Shown here one piece after another: positions 36,512-48,774 of a stretch of 64,000 bases of DNA (its first letter is position 1; the number at the start of each line of letters is the position of its first letter). Position numbers and translations under genes: made by a program. The DNA is taken from assembly GCF_006345805.1 (NCBI RefSeq), contig NC_043014.1:11656001-11720000 (forward strand), written 5' to 3'. Under the pieces are notes generated by a model that did not search any database, was not told the DNA's origin, and saw only the letters and a program-made list of their open reading frames with translations. The stretch is from Octopus sinensis. Taxonomy: Eukaryota.

Positions 36512-36571
36512 CTGAGAGAGACCTGGTAGTCGGTTACTGGCACAGAATGCTCATAAGCAGCCCTCGTTAAC
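36512..36571 (-). CDS. candidate 60-nt internal exon of an unknown gene (LTRAAYEHSVPVTDYQVSL)
   Basis: acceptor TTCATTACTCTTTTGAACAG, donor CAG|GTGAGC, one open frame, length divisible by 3; no recognisable homology. Confidence 0.3.
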
Positions 36572-36767
36572 CTGTTCAAAAGAGTAATGAACACTGAACT
36601 TGATGTACCAGACAGCTGCACGTCGAACTCTGGTAACTAAAATACCAGGACAAGTATGAGGCCCAAAATAACTAAACACTTGATGCACAAAAGAGATTGG
36701 TTTACCACTTAGATGCGAGAACCTGTGCAGACTTTATGGAATTAACATCCCCTTATCATAAGCAACT

Positions 36768-37025
36768 GTGGAGGCGCGTGGCTTAGTGGTTAGGGTGTTA
36801 GCACCATGATCGTAAGATTGTGCTTTCGATTCCTGGACCGGGCGACGCGTTGTGTTCTTGAGAAAGACACTTTATTTCATGTTGCTCCAGTACACTCTGC
36901 TGGCAAAAATGAGTAATGCTGCGATGGACAGGCGTCCCGTCCAGGTGGGGAACACATACGCCATAGAAACCGGAAAACCGGGCCCATGAGCTTGGCTAGG
37001 CTTTAAAAAAGGGCGCATTTAAAAA
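36768..37025 (+). mobile_element. SINE family C, full length
   Basis: GTGGAGGCGCGTGGCTTAGTGG head to GGGCGCATTTAAAA tail. Confidence 0.9.
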
Positions 37026-37342
37026 AATTTTTTATCATAAGCAACTGCTTGAAATTTGTCATTCCTGTATTATCAACCTACAAAGAATGATGTGACTGAA
37101 GCATCTATTAGGAAATCCGACAAAAGGATAATACCGAGGATAAAGATACAAGAGATTAGAAACGTGGAGGTTATTATAATCACTCGTATGAAAGAGTGCT
37201 AGAAGAGTATTCCTTGTGAAGAACTCAATAACACGCGAGCATTTCAAAACAACCGTAATAGTTTTTGATGGAGAATAGCAATTGTGTTCAGCCGAAGAAA
37301 TCAATTACCCAGCAGGTGATGTTGAGAAGCTAGTTTTCACAA

Positions 37343-37344
<2 letters not shown>

Positions 37345-37393
<49 letters not shown>

Positions 37394-37409
37394 CAGCAGC
37401 AGTAGTAGC

Positions 37410-37457
<48 letters not shown>

Positions 37458-37465
37458 TGTTGTTG
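37345..37465. repeat. (GTA)n microsatellite
   Basis: direct inspection. Confidence 0.95.
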
Positions 37466-37820
37466 TTTGGCAGAAAGCGCATTTACCGTGCGTCGCTACA
37501 GTCTCCATTCGTTGGTGATTTCCCTACTTCTTTTGAGTCGACCAAAAAGCATTGCAAGTGAATTTGTTAGATGGAGACATTGTGCAAACTCGTTTTTGTC
37601 GTCGCCCTCTCCACTCTCTCCCTCTCTCTTTATCTATCTACGTATCGATCTATATATGTGTATGTATGTATGTATGTTTGTATGTATGTATGTATGTATG
37701 TGTATGTTTTCCCTGCTTCCACAGCTTTACAAGCGATGTTCAGTAGCTTAGAAAATCGGCAAAAGAAACAGAAAGAATAGGTCGCAGACAAAAGAAAAAA
37801 AAAGAGTATAGGCTTAGATT

Positions 37821-38102
37821 TTATTTACATTATTTACATTCGACGGATATTTGTCCTCATCTTGTTTGTTGTTAGAACGTTTCTACTGATATACCCACCA
37901 GCCTTCTTCAGGTATCTTGGGGAAATTTCGAACCTGGTTTCTTATTCCTAAGGTATTTTTCGATATTATTATTATTATTATTATTATTGTTGTTGTTGTT
38001 GTTCAGGTCACTGCTTGGAATCGAACTCGGAATCTTGGGATTAGTAGCCTCTGCTCTTAACCACTACGCCATATGCCCACGGGCATATGGCGTAGTGGTT
38101 AA
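37821..38102 (-). mobile_element. family D composite element with 22-bp terminal fold-back
   Basis: homologous to 9749-10053; perfect hairpin at 38057-38102; tail ends in a tandem GTAAATAAT. Confidence 0.85.
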
Positions 38103-38294
38103 ATATAGAACGGGTTAGATTTGTTTGACTAAAATCCTTCAAAGCCCCAGCATGGCCACATTCCAATGACCAAAACAGGTAAAAGCTAAAGCATTAAAAC
38201 CAACATACCAGGGATGTCGTCTAGATAGACCGAGTACACATTACCTACCTTGACTAAAACTATAGACCTTAATTTTTAGTAAAAAAAAAAAAAG

Positions 38295-38660
38295 GCGGCG
38301 AGCTGGCAGAAACGTTAACACGCCGGACGAAATGCGTAGCCGCATTTCGTCTGCCGTTAAGTTCTGAGTTCAAATTCCGCAGAGGTCGACTTTGCCTTTC
38401 ATCCTATTGGGGTCGATAAATTAAGTACCAGTTACGCATTGGGGTCGATGTAATCGACTTAATTCGTTGTCTGTCCTTGTTTGTCCCCTCTGTGTTTAGC
38501 CCCTTGTGGGTAGTAAAGAAATAGATATTTCATCTGTCTTTACATTCTGAGTTCAAATTCCGCCGAGGTCGACTTTGCCTTTCATCCTTTCGAAGTCCAT
38601 AAATTAAGTACCAGTTGCGTACTGGGGTCGATCTAATCGACTGGTTCCCTTCCCCCCAAA
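38295..38660 (+). mobile_element. SINE family B heterodimer, followed directly by a family A 3' part
   Basis: junction GTAAAGAAATAGATATTTTCATCTG; second unit has the type 2 tail. Confidence 0.85.
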
Positions 38661-39825
38661 AGCCTTATGAGTGGATTTGGTAGACAGAAACTAAAAGAAG
38701 CCCGTCGTATATATATGTGTATGTGTGTGTGTGTTTGTGTCTGTCCCTCACAACCGATTAACAACCGGTTTTTGTGTGTTTACGTCCCCGTAACTTAGCG
38801 GTTCGGCAAAAGAGACCGACAGAATAAGTACAACTCTTAAAAAAAAAAAACACATAATAAATAAAATACTGGGATCGATTCATTCGACTAAAAATTAAAG
38901 CCAGTGCCTCAGCCTAGCCGCAGTTTAATGACTGGAACAAATAAAAGAGATTAAAAGATTGAAGTTAAGCCGGCTTAGAGTTTTCTTCTGACATCAATGA
39001 AACAAGTACTAGATTTGCGTTAGGCTTGTTCAATCCATCATATCTGACAAAGCGAATTTATAAAACATGCGCCTATGGCTTTCATAGTTACAAGGTCATA
39101 AATTTGAAAGCATGGTACATATTTGTATATTTTAAACTTATGCTCTTTGTCAAGGAAGAAAAATATCTTTTATCCACACGAAAATGTATAAAGAGATGCT
39201 TCTCCCAATAAACGTAGCTTTGCAGCTGTAAAGCTTTCTGGTTTTCTCGCTTCATACTGTTTAACAATGTCAAAACAAGTTAGAATGTGGACGGTGGTAT
39301 TTTTTTTTTTTTTTTTGCAGAAAGTAAGAGAAAGAACTCGACTAAGTTGTTCTCCAATGTCACGGATGAATCATCTTCAAAAGCAAAGTAGAAACATCTG
39401 CAATAACTCTCTCGTAGGTTATGTAGAAAGACAGAGATGCAGACAATCTCAGCAATTCAAAACATCAACATCTTGAATACGAGAGAGAAAAAAAAAGAAT
39501 TAAAAAAAAATATAAATAACTAAATTAAAACAGAAAAAAAAGGAAAGAGAGAAAGAAGAAAATAACAGTCATGATGGAAAAAAAGACGATGCATGGGTGT
39601 GTCTGTGTGTGGTTAAGACACTCGCTTTACAACCACGTGGTTCCAGGTTCAATCCCACTGCGTGGCACTGTAAGCATGTGTCTTCTACTACATCCCAGGC
39701 CGACCAATGCCTTGTGAGTAAATTTGGCAGGCGGAAACTTTTAGTGGAAGCCTGTATTATCTATCTATCTATCTATCTATCTATATCTATATCTATCTAT
39801 CTATCTATATATCTATAATCTATAT

Positions 39826-39869
<44 letters not shown>

Positions 39870-39870
39870 A

Positions 39871-40257
39871 TCTATATATAAAGCTGAAGTTGTCTGTGTG
39901 TGGCAGGTTTGTAGCCTTCAACTAACACTATTCCTCCGAGACCCTGCGGCGCAAGTTAATCAAAATTTAGAGTATGATAGAAGAAAGCTTGCTCTTTATT
40001 CCATAGAAGATAAAATTCAAATCGGCCCATGTTAACACCAAATTTTATTTACATCAAAAAGGAGCTTTTTTTCTATGAAAATCCCTATTTTTTAACGATT
40101 TTTTTATTGCTGTGTCGCCAGTTTTCAGTGTATTTCAACCAGGAAAATGTTCCCTTAAAGAGAATAACAAGCTACATAATGTAAAATTTTTACTTTTCAA
40201 AAATTCCAATTTTAAAAGGTCGAAACAAACCCGGGCAACGCTGGGCGATACTGCTAG
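39871..40257 (+). mobile_element. non-autonomous Helitron
   Basis: 5' TCTATATATAAAG, 3' CCCGGGCAACGCTGGG hairpin then CTAG, inserted between A and T. Confidence 0.85.
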
Positions 40258-40647
40258 TATATATATCTGTCTGTCTGTCTATCTATCTATCATCTTGTAT
40301 ACAATGCCTCTGCTTCTATTAAGTGACCCTTCTTCAACCCTTTTTTATCCTGCCTTCCTCTGTTCCCTATTCTACTTACACTTTTCCATTCTCCTCCCTC
40401 CCCCATGCAATAACCATTCCTTCAGTGTTCTGCGTGTTCTCACCAGAAATGTCTCTAATGAATGAAGCATTAATTTTCTTAGTTCGTTCAATTTTCCTCA
40501 ATTGATCAATAGATCGATTGATTAAACCTATCAGTAATGTACCTATAATAAATACTGGAAACACTGTAAGCCAAATTTCTTCCAATAAAAGAATAATATG
40601 TAATGACCATTATTTTTACGTTTTTTTTTATATATCTATCTTGTATA

Positions 40648-40972
40648 GTGCAGGAGTGGCTGTGTGGTAAGAAGCTTCCTTCTCTCTGCTATGTTAGAGG
40701 TTTGTTGCCTTAATATACTTTATAAAGAACAATGTGCCCGGGTAAACAGCAATTGGCGGGTGTTGCTTTTGCTGTTGCCCTCATTATCATATCGTCAATC
40801 ATTCCATCTCATTATATCCTTGTCCAGCCTGCAGCTCCCTTTCTTTGTAAGGCCCTTGTGGCCAATTAAATGAATAAAAGAAGCTTCCTTCCCAGTCACA
40901 TGGTTCTGGGTTCAGTCCCACTTGCGTGGCACTTTGGGCAAGCGTCTTCTGTTATAGCCTCAGGCCGACCAG
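40648..40972 (+). mobile_element. SINE family A-like head interrupted by a 196-bp insertion
   Basis: 13-bp TSD AAGAAGCTTCCTT at 40669-40681 and 40878-40890. Confidence 0.85.
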
Positions 40973-41082
40973 AACCAAAACAAGAACGCAACAGGCGACA
41001 ATAAAACATCCGGACAGATAGACGATACGAAGACGGACAGGAAAAAAACAAAAAAATGATATTATATATATATTATATATAT

Positions 41083-41311
41083 TATTTCTTTATTGCCCAC
41101 AAGGGGCTAACACAGAGGGGACAAACAAGGACAGACAAACGGATTAAGTCGATTACATCGGCCCCAGTGCGTAACTGGTACTTTATTTATCGACCCCGAA
41201 AGGATGAAAGGCAAAGTCGACCTCGGCGGAATTTGAACTCAGAACGTAACGGCAGACGAAATACTGCTAAGCATTTCGCCCAGCGCGCTAACGTTTCTGC
41301 CAGCTCGCCGC
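41083..41311 (-). mobile_element. SINE family B monomer
   Basis: full reverse-complement copy. Confidence 0.9.
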
Positions 41312-41794
41312 CACAATTCTTAATAATATTTAATTAGCAAAATACAGTCGGATTTTTTAAGCACACATCGAATGGCTATGCAGGTCCAGGAAAAATTAAA
41401 TAGGGATCAAAAGGATACATAGATATAAAATGACTGAGAATCACTAGTCTATTACAAAGCCCAATGAAATTACTTTGAATAAACTGTGTAATATAAAAAC
41501 TTTAATGTAAGCATAAGTGTTTTAAGATCGAACTGTTACATCAGAGAGTTGTCGCTTGACAAAACATTTACAAGAAAAGTTGTCCCAGTGCATGACGACA
41601 ATGCGGTACACGGAAAGATAATGAGATGAAAAGCATTCGATTAATTATCTCAGAGATTTTTAGCTCTTATTTCTAGCAATGTAGGTGTTCTAACACTCTA
41701 GTCACATTTGGTGACAATTATAGTGTTCTTTTTTGGCAAAACATTGCACACTGCTGTCTATATTAAATTATCTCTCTCTCTCTTTCTCTTTCTC

Positions 41795-41827
<33 letters not shown>

Positions 41828-41829
41828 CT

Positions 41830-41874
<45 letters not shown>

Positions 41875-41929
41875 TATATACTTATATATATTATATATAT
41901 AATATATTAAAGCTAATCCAAACATGAAA

Positions 41930-42110
41930 ACACCAAGAGAAAACAGACGGTGGAACAAATATAGTATTATTGGACGCTCAGGAAGGAAGGGAAGGAGGGT
42001 TTATTTTAACGTTCGAGGCGGAGCACTTCATCAGAAACATAGGAAAAGGAAAGATCCAGAGAAGGAAGGTAGGAAAAAATCGCCAACGGTACACACGCGA
42101 TGAAGAACCA
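41930..42110 (-). mobile_element. Penelope-type terminal repeat fragment with hammerhead motif (42003-42040)
   Basis: rc GTTT CTGATGA A GTGC TCC GCCTC GAA CGTT AAAA; homologous to 28500-28575 and 47470-47545. Confidence 0.65.
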
Positions 42111-42393
42111 CCTTTTATCAATTCAGCAATGAAATAATAATGATATAATCAAATTATACCAAAAAGAAAAAAAATTAAATATACGATAAAACATATACCA
42201 ATAATTAAGTAAAGTACAAAATAATAAATAAAAAAGTATATATGGTATAATTTAATTATCATTATTATTTCATTGTTGAATCGACAAAAGGTGGTTCTTC
42301 TCTAATTTATATACATATATTATATATTGTGAAATTTGATTTTGTATTACTTAATTGAATTTTTCCCGGAAGTTTGAAATGATATTCCCTATA

Positions 42394-42427
<34 letters not shown>

Positions 42428-42446
42428 TTATTATTATACTATATTA

Positions 42447-42479
<33 letters not shown>

Positions 42480-43008
42480 GTATGCATATGTATATATATA
42501 TATATATATGTATGTATACGTTCATATACACCCATATTTACATACAAACCACTATAAAGATATATACAGAGAATGTGTATAAGTGTACGAGAGAGTGAAA
42601 GAACGGAGAGTGGCATCCATGATATTCGCTAAGTATAGAAAGAAGTAAAAATAACCCAAATCTTTAACTGGTGTGGCTTTTACCAAGTTCCTATCATTTT
42701 GGTCTACGAGCACCAGACAACATTTAAGATACCCTAGTGCTAGTTTGGAATGTTTCTAGTCTGTTGCCAAAAGAGAAGAAATAGATTTGGCATGACTCCA
42801 TAAAGCTTGACCATCCAAAACAGGTGATTTTCCTTATTCACAACCACTCACCCTATCTGAACGGCATGCCTGTCCCTAAGCGCTCCCGAATTGTGCCGCT
42901 GAAAAGCTGCGACATTATGATATAAAACTAGAACCGAATAACACATACCCGAAATGGCCTGTTAAAGATTTAATTGTGGCTTTGTTACCAAGTTGCGTTT
43001 TTGCTTAC

Positions 43009-43092
43009 CGACCTGCCGAACGGTTTTCGCCAGGAGTATAGCCCTGGGCGCTTTTGGGTCGGCTGTTCGAGCTTGTATAGGCTCAACAGCAT
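43009..43092 (-). CDS. candidate first coding exon MLLSLYKLEQPTQKRPGLYSWRKPFGRS
   Basis: ATG at 43092, donor TCG|GTAAGC, CpG-rich unique sequence upstream (43150-43260); no homology recognised. Confidence 0.22.
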
Positions 43093-43107
43093 GATGTATG
43101 AGTGTGT

Positions 43108-43147
<40 letters not shown>

Positions 43148-43619
43148 CTCAGAGGCGGCCACGTGTAATACACACTAGGTATGCTATCGGCTTTCGCGCG
43201 CTCGCGTCTACAAACCGGCGTCTAAGCAGTCACAACATAACTCGGGTACCATACCGAAAAAATAGTTAAAGGCTATTTTTGCCTATCAGTTGCAATCCCC
43301 CCTTCCCTCCCTCCCTCATTTCCGCTTACTCTTCCTGGGAGGGTCACGAGTGTAGAGCCCTCATGCACATCCTTCATAGGGTCCTATCAGAAGCAAACCC
43401 CATTATTCTTTCCAAATGAATTTTCAAGTGCAATCAACTGAGACTATGGATATTACCCAACCATTCAATTCTCGATCTACCCCTAGATCCCCTGCCGGGT
43501 GCCATAAAGAAACTGCCTCGCGATTCTTTCTTGCGCCATTCTAATCACATGTCCGTAATAGCAGAGTCGTGACCTCTCAATGCGAAGTAGCATTAACTTA
43601 TAATTATGCTAACTCTACC

Positions 43620-43845
43620 TCTTTCTCTCTTTTACTTGTTTCAGTCATTTGACTGCGGCCATGCTGGAGCACCACCTTTAGTCGAGCAACTCAACCACGG
43701 GACTATTCTTTGTAAGGCCCAGTACTTATTCTATCGGTCTCTTTTTGCCGAACTGCTAAGTAACGGGGACATAAACACACCAGCATTTGTTGTCAGGCAA
43801 TGCTAAGGGGACAAACACACACACACCACGCACCTATATATATAT

Positions 43846-43895
<50 letters not shown>

Positions 43896-44048
43896 ATACG
43901 ACAGGCTTCTTTCAGTTTCCGTCTACCAAACCACTCACAAGGCATTGGTCGGCCCGGGCTATAGCAGAAGACACTGCCCAAGATGCCACGCAGTGGGACT
44001 GAACCCGAACCATGTGTTGGTTAGCAAGCTACTTACCACACAGCCACT
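43620..44048 (-). mobile_element. SINE family A
   Basis: reverse-complement copy. Confidence 0.88.
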
Positions 44049-44815
44049 CTCTCTTTCTTCTTGCGACATCTTTACTATTTTCTATAGACTTTATTCTGAT
44101 GGTTCACAGCAGACTTATCACTTGCCACCCGTCAACATTTCTTGGTTGACTTGCGCGGATCACAAACATAATGAACCGTGTAATCCACTGGTTTGTAATC
44201 CACGGTTTTCAAGCTGTTTTCAACCGTGTAATCCACAGTTTTCATGCTGACACATAATCCCACTCCACCTCATCCCAATGTAACTGAAATGCTTTTCTAC
44301 TCCATACTTGTGTATTTAACAAGATGATGAAATATAGATTTCGTAGCCTTCTAAGAGTAGGCATGGCTGTCTGGTTAAGTAGTACGCTTTGTAATCACCT
44401 GATTTCAGGTTCAGTCCCATCTTGGGCATGTGTCTTCAGCTATAGTCCCGGGCTTTGTGAATGAATTTGATGGGCGGAAACTGCGCCGATATTGAATCTA
44501 GTTTTTTTTTTCATTTGCAAAACAAACATTTTTAAAGGGAGTAAAAAATCTGAAAATCGGCTATAATAATGTAGCCTTCTAGTCTCATTGCTTTGAAGGT
44601 ATGATGTTGTGGAGGGAAAAATTGGAGAGAAAAAGTTATAGAGGTTTAAAAATCGAAAAAACTGGCTATTTTTAGCCGATAGTGAGACCGAGATTTTTTG
44701 CGTTTTTTTTTTTTTGCGGGGGGGTCTCATTTTGCGAATGAGAAGACTAGATCCCCGATGACTCTTCTCAACGCTAGCGCTAACAACACACACACACACA
44801 CACACACACACCACC

Positions 44816-44887
<72 letters not shown>

Positions 44888-45164
44888 GGCATGTATGTTT
44901 GTATGTAAGTGTGTCCTTGTGTTTGTTCCATGCCATCGGAATTGGTTTGTTTACGTCTCCATAGCGTAGCGGTTCAGCAGAAGAACAAGACAGAATAAGC
45001 AACCAGTCTTAAAATATTATTATTAGGGTCGATTTGTTCAACTATACCCTTCAAGGCGATAGCCTAACATCACTTCAGTCGAATAACCGAAGCAAGTAAC
45101 AAACTTGAAATTCATCAAAGAATTTAACCATTTTAAAAAGTTGGAAGCCATCTTTTATCTTAAT

Positions 45165-45500
45165 TTGTTTCAGCCATTAGACTGCGGCCATGCTGGGGCA
45201 CCACCTTGAAGAATCTCTAGTTGAATGAATCGAACCCCAGCACTTATTTCCTTAATCATCCTGGTGCTTGTTCTATCGAACTCTTTTTTGCTGAAACGCT
45301 AAGTTACAGGGACGTAAACCACACCGACACCGGTTTCAACCCGGGCTGGGGACAAACACACCACACACACAATATATACGATGGGTTTCTTCAATTTCCC
45401 ACCTACCAAATCCACTCACAAAGCGTTTGGTCGACCCGAGGCTATGGCCAAGGCGCCAACGCCACTAGACTGAACTTGGAGCCATATGGTTCATAAGCAA
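45165..45500 (-). mobile_element. older SINE family A-like copy (further fragments at 44355-44490, 44880-45110, 45680-45830, 45950-46075)
   Basis: diverged tail and centre motifs. Confidence 0.7.
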
Positions 45501-45867
45501 GCCTCAATTTTTTTTTTAAACATCACTGTTTACCACATATTTTTCACTCCTCCCAACCATCACCCCAGGGGGCCTCCCCGCTTGAAAAGTACGGGTATAG
45601 TCGACCAGCTGAAATAGTGATTACTCAATGCTGCCTCTGCCTGGTGCTGTAATAAATACTTCATCTACACACACAAAGGCGTAGGCATGGCTGTGTGGTT
45701 AAAAAGCTTTCTTTGCAACTACGTGGCTTGGGTTCAGTCCCACTGTGCAGCACCTTCTACAGATGTCTTTCACTATAACCCCTGGCCGACTAGTGCCTTG
45801 CGAGTGACTATGGTAGGCAGAAACCCGTCATATATATATATATATATATTATATATATTATATATAT

Positions 45868-45898
<31 letters not shown>

Positions 45899-46244
45899 TA
45901 TATATATTATATATATATATATTATTATCTATATAATATATAGTATATTCCTTTACTCCTTTACTTGTTTCAGTCCATTTGACTGCGGCCATGCTGGAAC
46001 ACACCGCCTTTAGTAGAAGTAATCGACCCCAGAACTTATTCTTTGTAAGCGTACTACTTATTCTATCGGTTTCTTGTGACTGCCCTTTTTGAAACGGCTA
46101 GAAGTGGCCTCCCCTTGAGCCGGTAGGTCTAGATTAAAGCAGAAATGCAAAGGCAAACGGTTTAGCAATACTTGACAAGGACATTTAATTTAGTTATTTT
46201 TATTATACAGATAAATTAAATGTCTTTGTCGAGTCTTGCCAAAC

Positions 46245-46292
<48 letters not shown>

Positions 46293-46294
46293 AT

Positions 46295-46797
46295 TTCCAT
46301 TTTTTATTGTTTTTGTACTGCTTAAAGGCACGTTTCTTTCCTACCAAGTTTACTATTTAAACCATGTTTGTGTTTCTCCCAGTCAACAGCCTTATCATTA
46401 CTGGTACTTTAAACTCTTCGGTTGCATATTTGTGTGAATAAAAATATATACACACACGAGCAAAACGCCCCCCTCCCGTCCAATGGACGGTGCTGAGTTG
46501 ACAAACATTTAAACCAAATTTTCTCAAAACAAATTGTCCGACCGTCCCATAGGCCTCCCCTTTGAGAAACACTGATTTAACCTAAATTTGAGACACCAGC
46601 AAAAGAAGAAATAAAGGTAGACCTTTTTTCTATTCCAAAGAAAAACGATTTTATTCACACAAATATGCAACCGAAGAGTTTAAAGTACCAGTAATGATAA
46701 GACTGTTGACTGGGAGAACACAAACATAGTTTAAATAGTAAGCTTGGCAGGAAAGAAATGTGCCTTTAAGCAGTGCAAAAACAACAAAAATGGAAGA
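46295..46797. repeat. long inverted repeat, arms about 145 bp, spacer about 205 bp
   Basis: 46295-46442 is the reverse complement of 46649-46797 at high identity. Confidence 0.9.
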
Positions 46798-47072
46798 TGC
46801 CGTTATGTACTGGTTGACGGAAGAAAAGCAGGACAAAAACGGCTTTATTGATCGCATTCTCACCTGGAATCGAGTTTTGTAATTTTTTCAAAACTTATAC
46901 ACGCCCTGATACCGTCAGTATCTACATTTCAAATTTGAGCGCAATTGGATGGAGGATGCCCGAGATCCTAGAAGACACACACATAGACACATAGGCGCAG
47001 GAGTGGCTGTGTGGTAAGTAGCTAGCTTACCAACCACATGGTTCCGGGTTCAGTCCCACTGCGTGGCATCTT

Positions 47073-47172
47073 NNNNNNNNNNNNNNNNNNNNNNNNNNNN
47101 NNNNNNNNNNNNNNNNNNNNNNNNNNNNNNNNNNNNNNNNNNNNNNNNNNNNNNNNNNNNNNNNNNNNNNNN
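47073..47172. other. assembly gap (100 N)
   Basis: N run lying between opposite-strand SINE-A pieces. Confidence 1.
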
Positions 47173-47399
47173 TTCTTTCGTTCTTTTATTCCTTTACTTC
47201 TTTCAGTCCTTGGATTGCGGCCATGCTGGGGCATCGCCTTGAAGGCTTTAGCCGAACAAATCGAATCCGGTATTTACTTTTTTGAAGCCCGGTACTTATT
47301 CTATCGTTCGCTTTTTGTCGAAACGTTAAATTATGGGTAATTAAACAAACCAATACCGTTTGTCAAGCGTGGGGGACAAACTTACACACACACACAACA

Positions 47400-47580
47400 C
47401 ACACACACACATAGTAAATCCAAAAAGACGAACAAACACAAAAAAAACAACAACAACGCGAGGACGTGGTACAGACGCTCGGGAAAGGAAAGAAAGATCG
47501 TTTAACGTTTCGAGTAAACGCTCTTCTTCGGAAACAGAAGAAAGTCCAATAGAAAGAAAGACGGAGAAAGAAAATGTATG
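47400..47580 (-). mobile_element. Penelope-type terminal repeat fragment with hammerhead motif (47500-47535)
   Basis: rc GTTT CCGAAGA A GAG CGTTTA CTC GAAA CG TT AAAC; stem I GTTT/AAAC, U4 changed to C. Confidence 0.65.
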
Positions 47581-47699
47581 GGTAGATGGATGCATGGATG
47601 CATGGTTGGATGGATGGATGGATGGATGGATGGATGGATGGATGGATGCTTGGGTGAGTATACTGGGTCGTCAAACAATTCCTCTCGTTTCTTTCCAGT

Positions 47700-48070
47700 G
47701 TTCTTTAAAAGATGCTACTACAGAAAGAAAATGCATTGAAATGGTCTTCACAGATGCAATGCCTTACGTTCGACCAAGTCAGGTAAATAAGGATCGATCG
47801 AACACGATTATCTACGAGGATCCCTGCAAGTCCACTTGGGAACCTTTGCCCAACAGAAGAGATACTCTCATGATACCGTTACCCTTCACCTTCACCCGAT
47901 GAGTAAGGTCCAAAAACTCGGTGCATCAGTGCCACATACTCTCAACAAGAGGGATGAACTCCAACGTTCCTCTATCATTGCCAGATTGCTCGTTCGAAAA
48001 CTGGCTGCTTGTGAACATAGGTTTCTTTAACGCATCATCACTGGCAATGAAAAAGAGAGTGTCTTTGCAC
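47700..48070 (+). mobile_element. mariner transposase relic
   Basis: [53 protein letters not shown] matches the mariner WVPHEL and IVTGDEKW motifs. Confidence 0.85.
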
Positions 48071-48219
48071 CAAAATTGACGTGGGCGTGGCTGTCTGGTT
48101 CCAGGTTGAGTCTTAGTGCGTGGCACTTTGGGCAAGTGTCTTCTACTATAGTCTCGGGTTAAGTAAAGTCGATTTGATAGACGGAAGCTGAAAGAAGCCT
48201 GTATATATATATATATATA

Positions 48220-48265
<46 letters not shown>

Positions 48266-48269
48266 AAGT

Positions 48270-48605
48270 AAGGGTAAAGACCCCTTCGGTCATGAATGAC
48301 CATGGGATTGCACCTAGAAAGTTACCTCCTAGACACAAGTCCGGGCAAGGTTGTTTATGGAAGACCAGCAGTCGCCCATGCATACCGGCCACCCTCTCAC
48401 GCCACCAGTGTTATCCAAGGGAAAGGCAAAGGGGCGATACAGTTGGCACCAGTGACGTCGCAAATCAATTTCTACAGCTGAGTGAACTGGAGCAACGTGT
48501 GAAATAAAGTGCCTTGCTCGAGAACACAACACGCAGCTCGGTTCGGGATTCGAGCTCACAACCTGACGATCGTAAGCTCGACGCTCTAACCACTGAGCCA
48601 TGCGC
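48270..48605 (-). mobile_element. SINE with tRNA-Arg-like head (anticodon loop TTACGAT), C-like centre and a distinct tail
   Basis: rc GCGCATGGCTCAGTGGTTAGAGCGTCGAGCTTACGATCG..GAGCTCGAATCCC. Confidence 0.8.
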
Positions 48606-48630
48606 ATATATATATATACATGTGTGAGTG

Positions 48631-48671
<41 letters not shown>

Positions 48672-48774
48672 GCGTGCGTGTTTTTGTGTCTGTGTTTTTG
48701 ACTACTACCACCGATTGACAACCGTAGTGTGTTTACGTCTCGAACCAAGCAAGAATTGCATCTTCACATACTCC

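Noticed and set aside
39321-39476. Terminal exon after poly-T GCAG
   Set aside because: The acceptor may be a simple T run; short frames and no corroboration.
47699-47782. Apparent 84-nt exon with good splice sites
   Set aside because: It is contiguous with mariner transposase motifs downstream, so it is better explained as a transposon relic.
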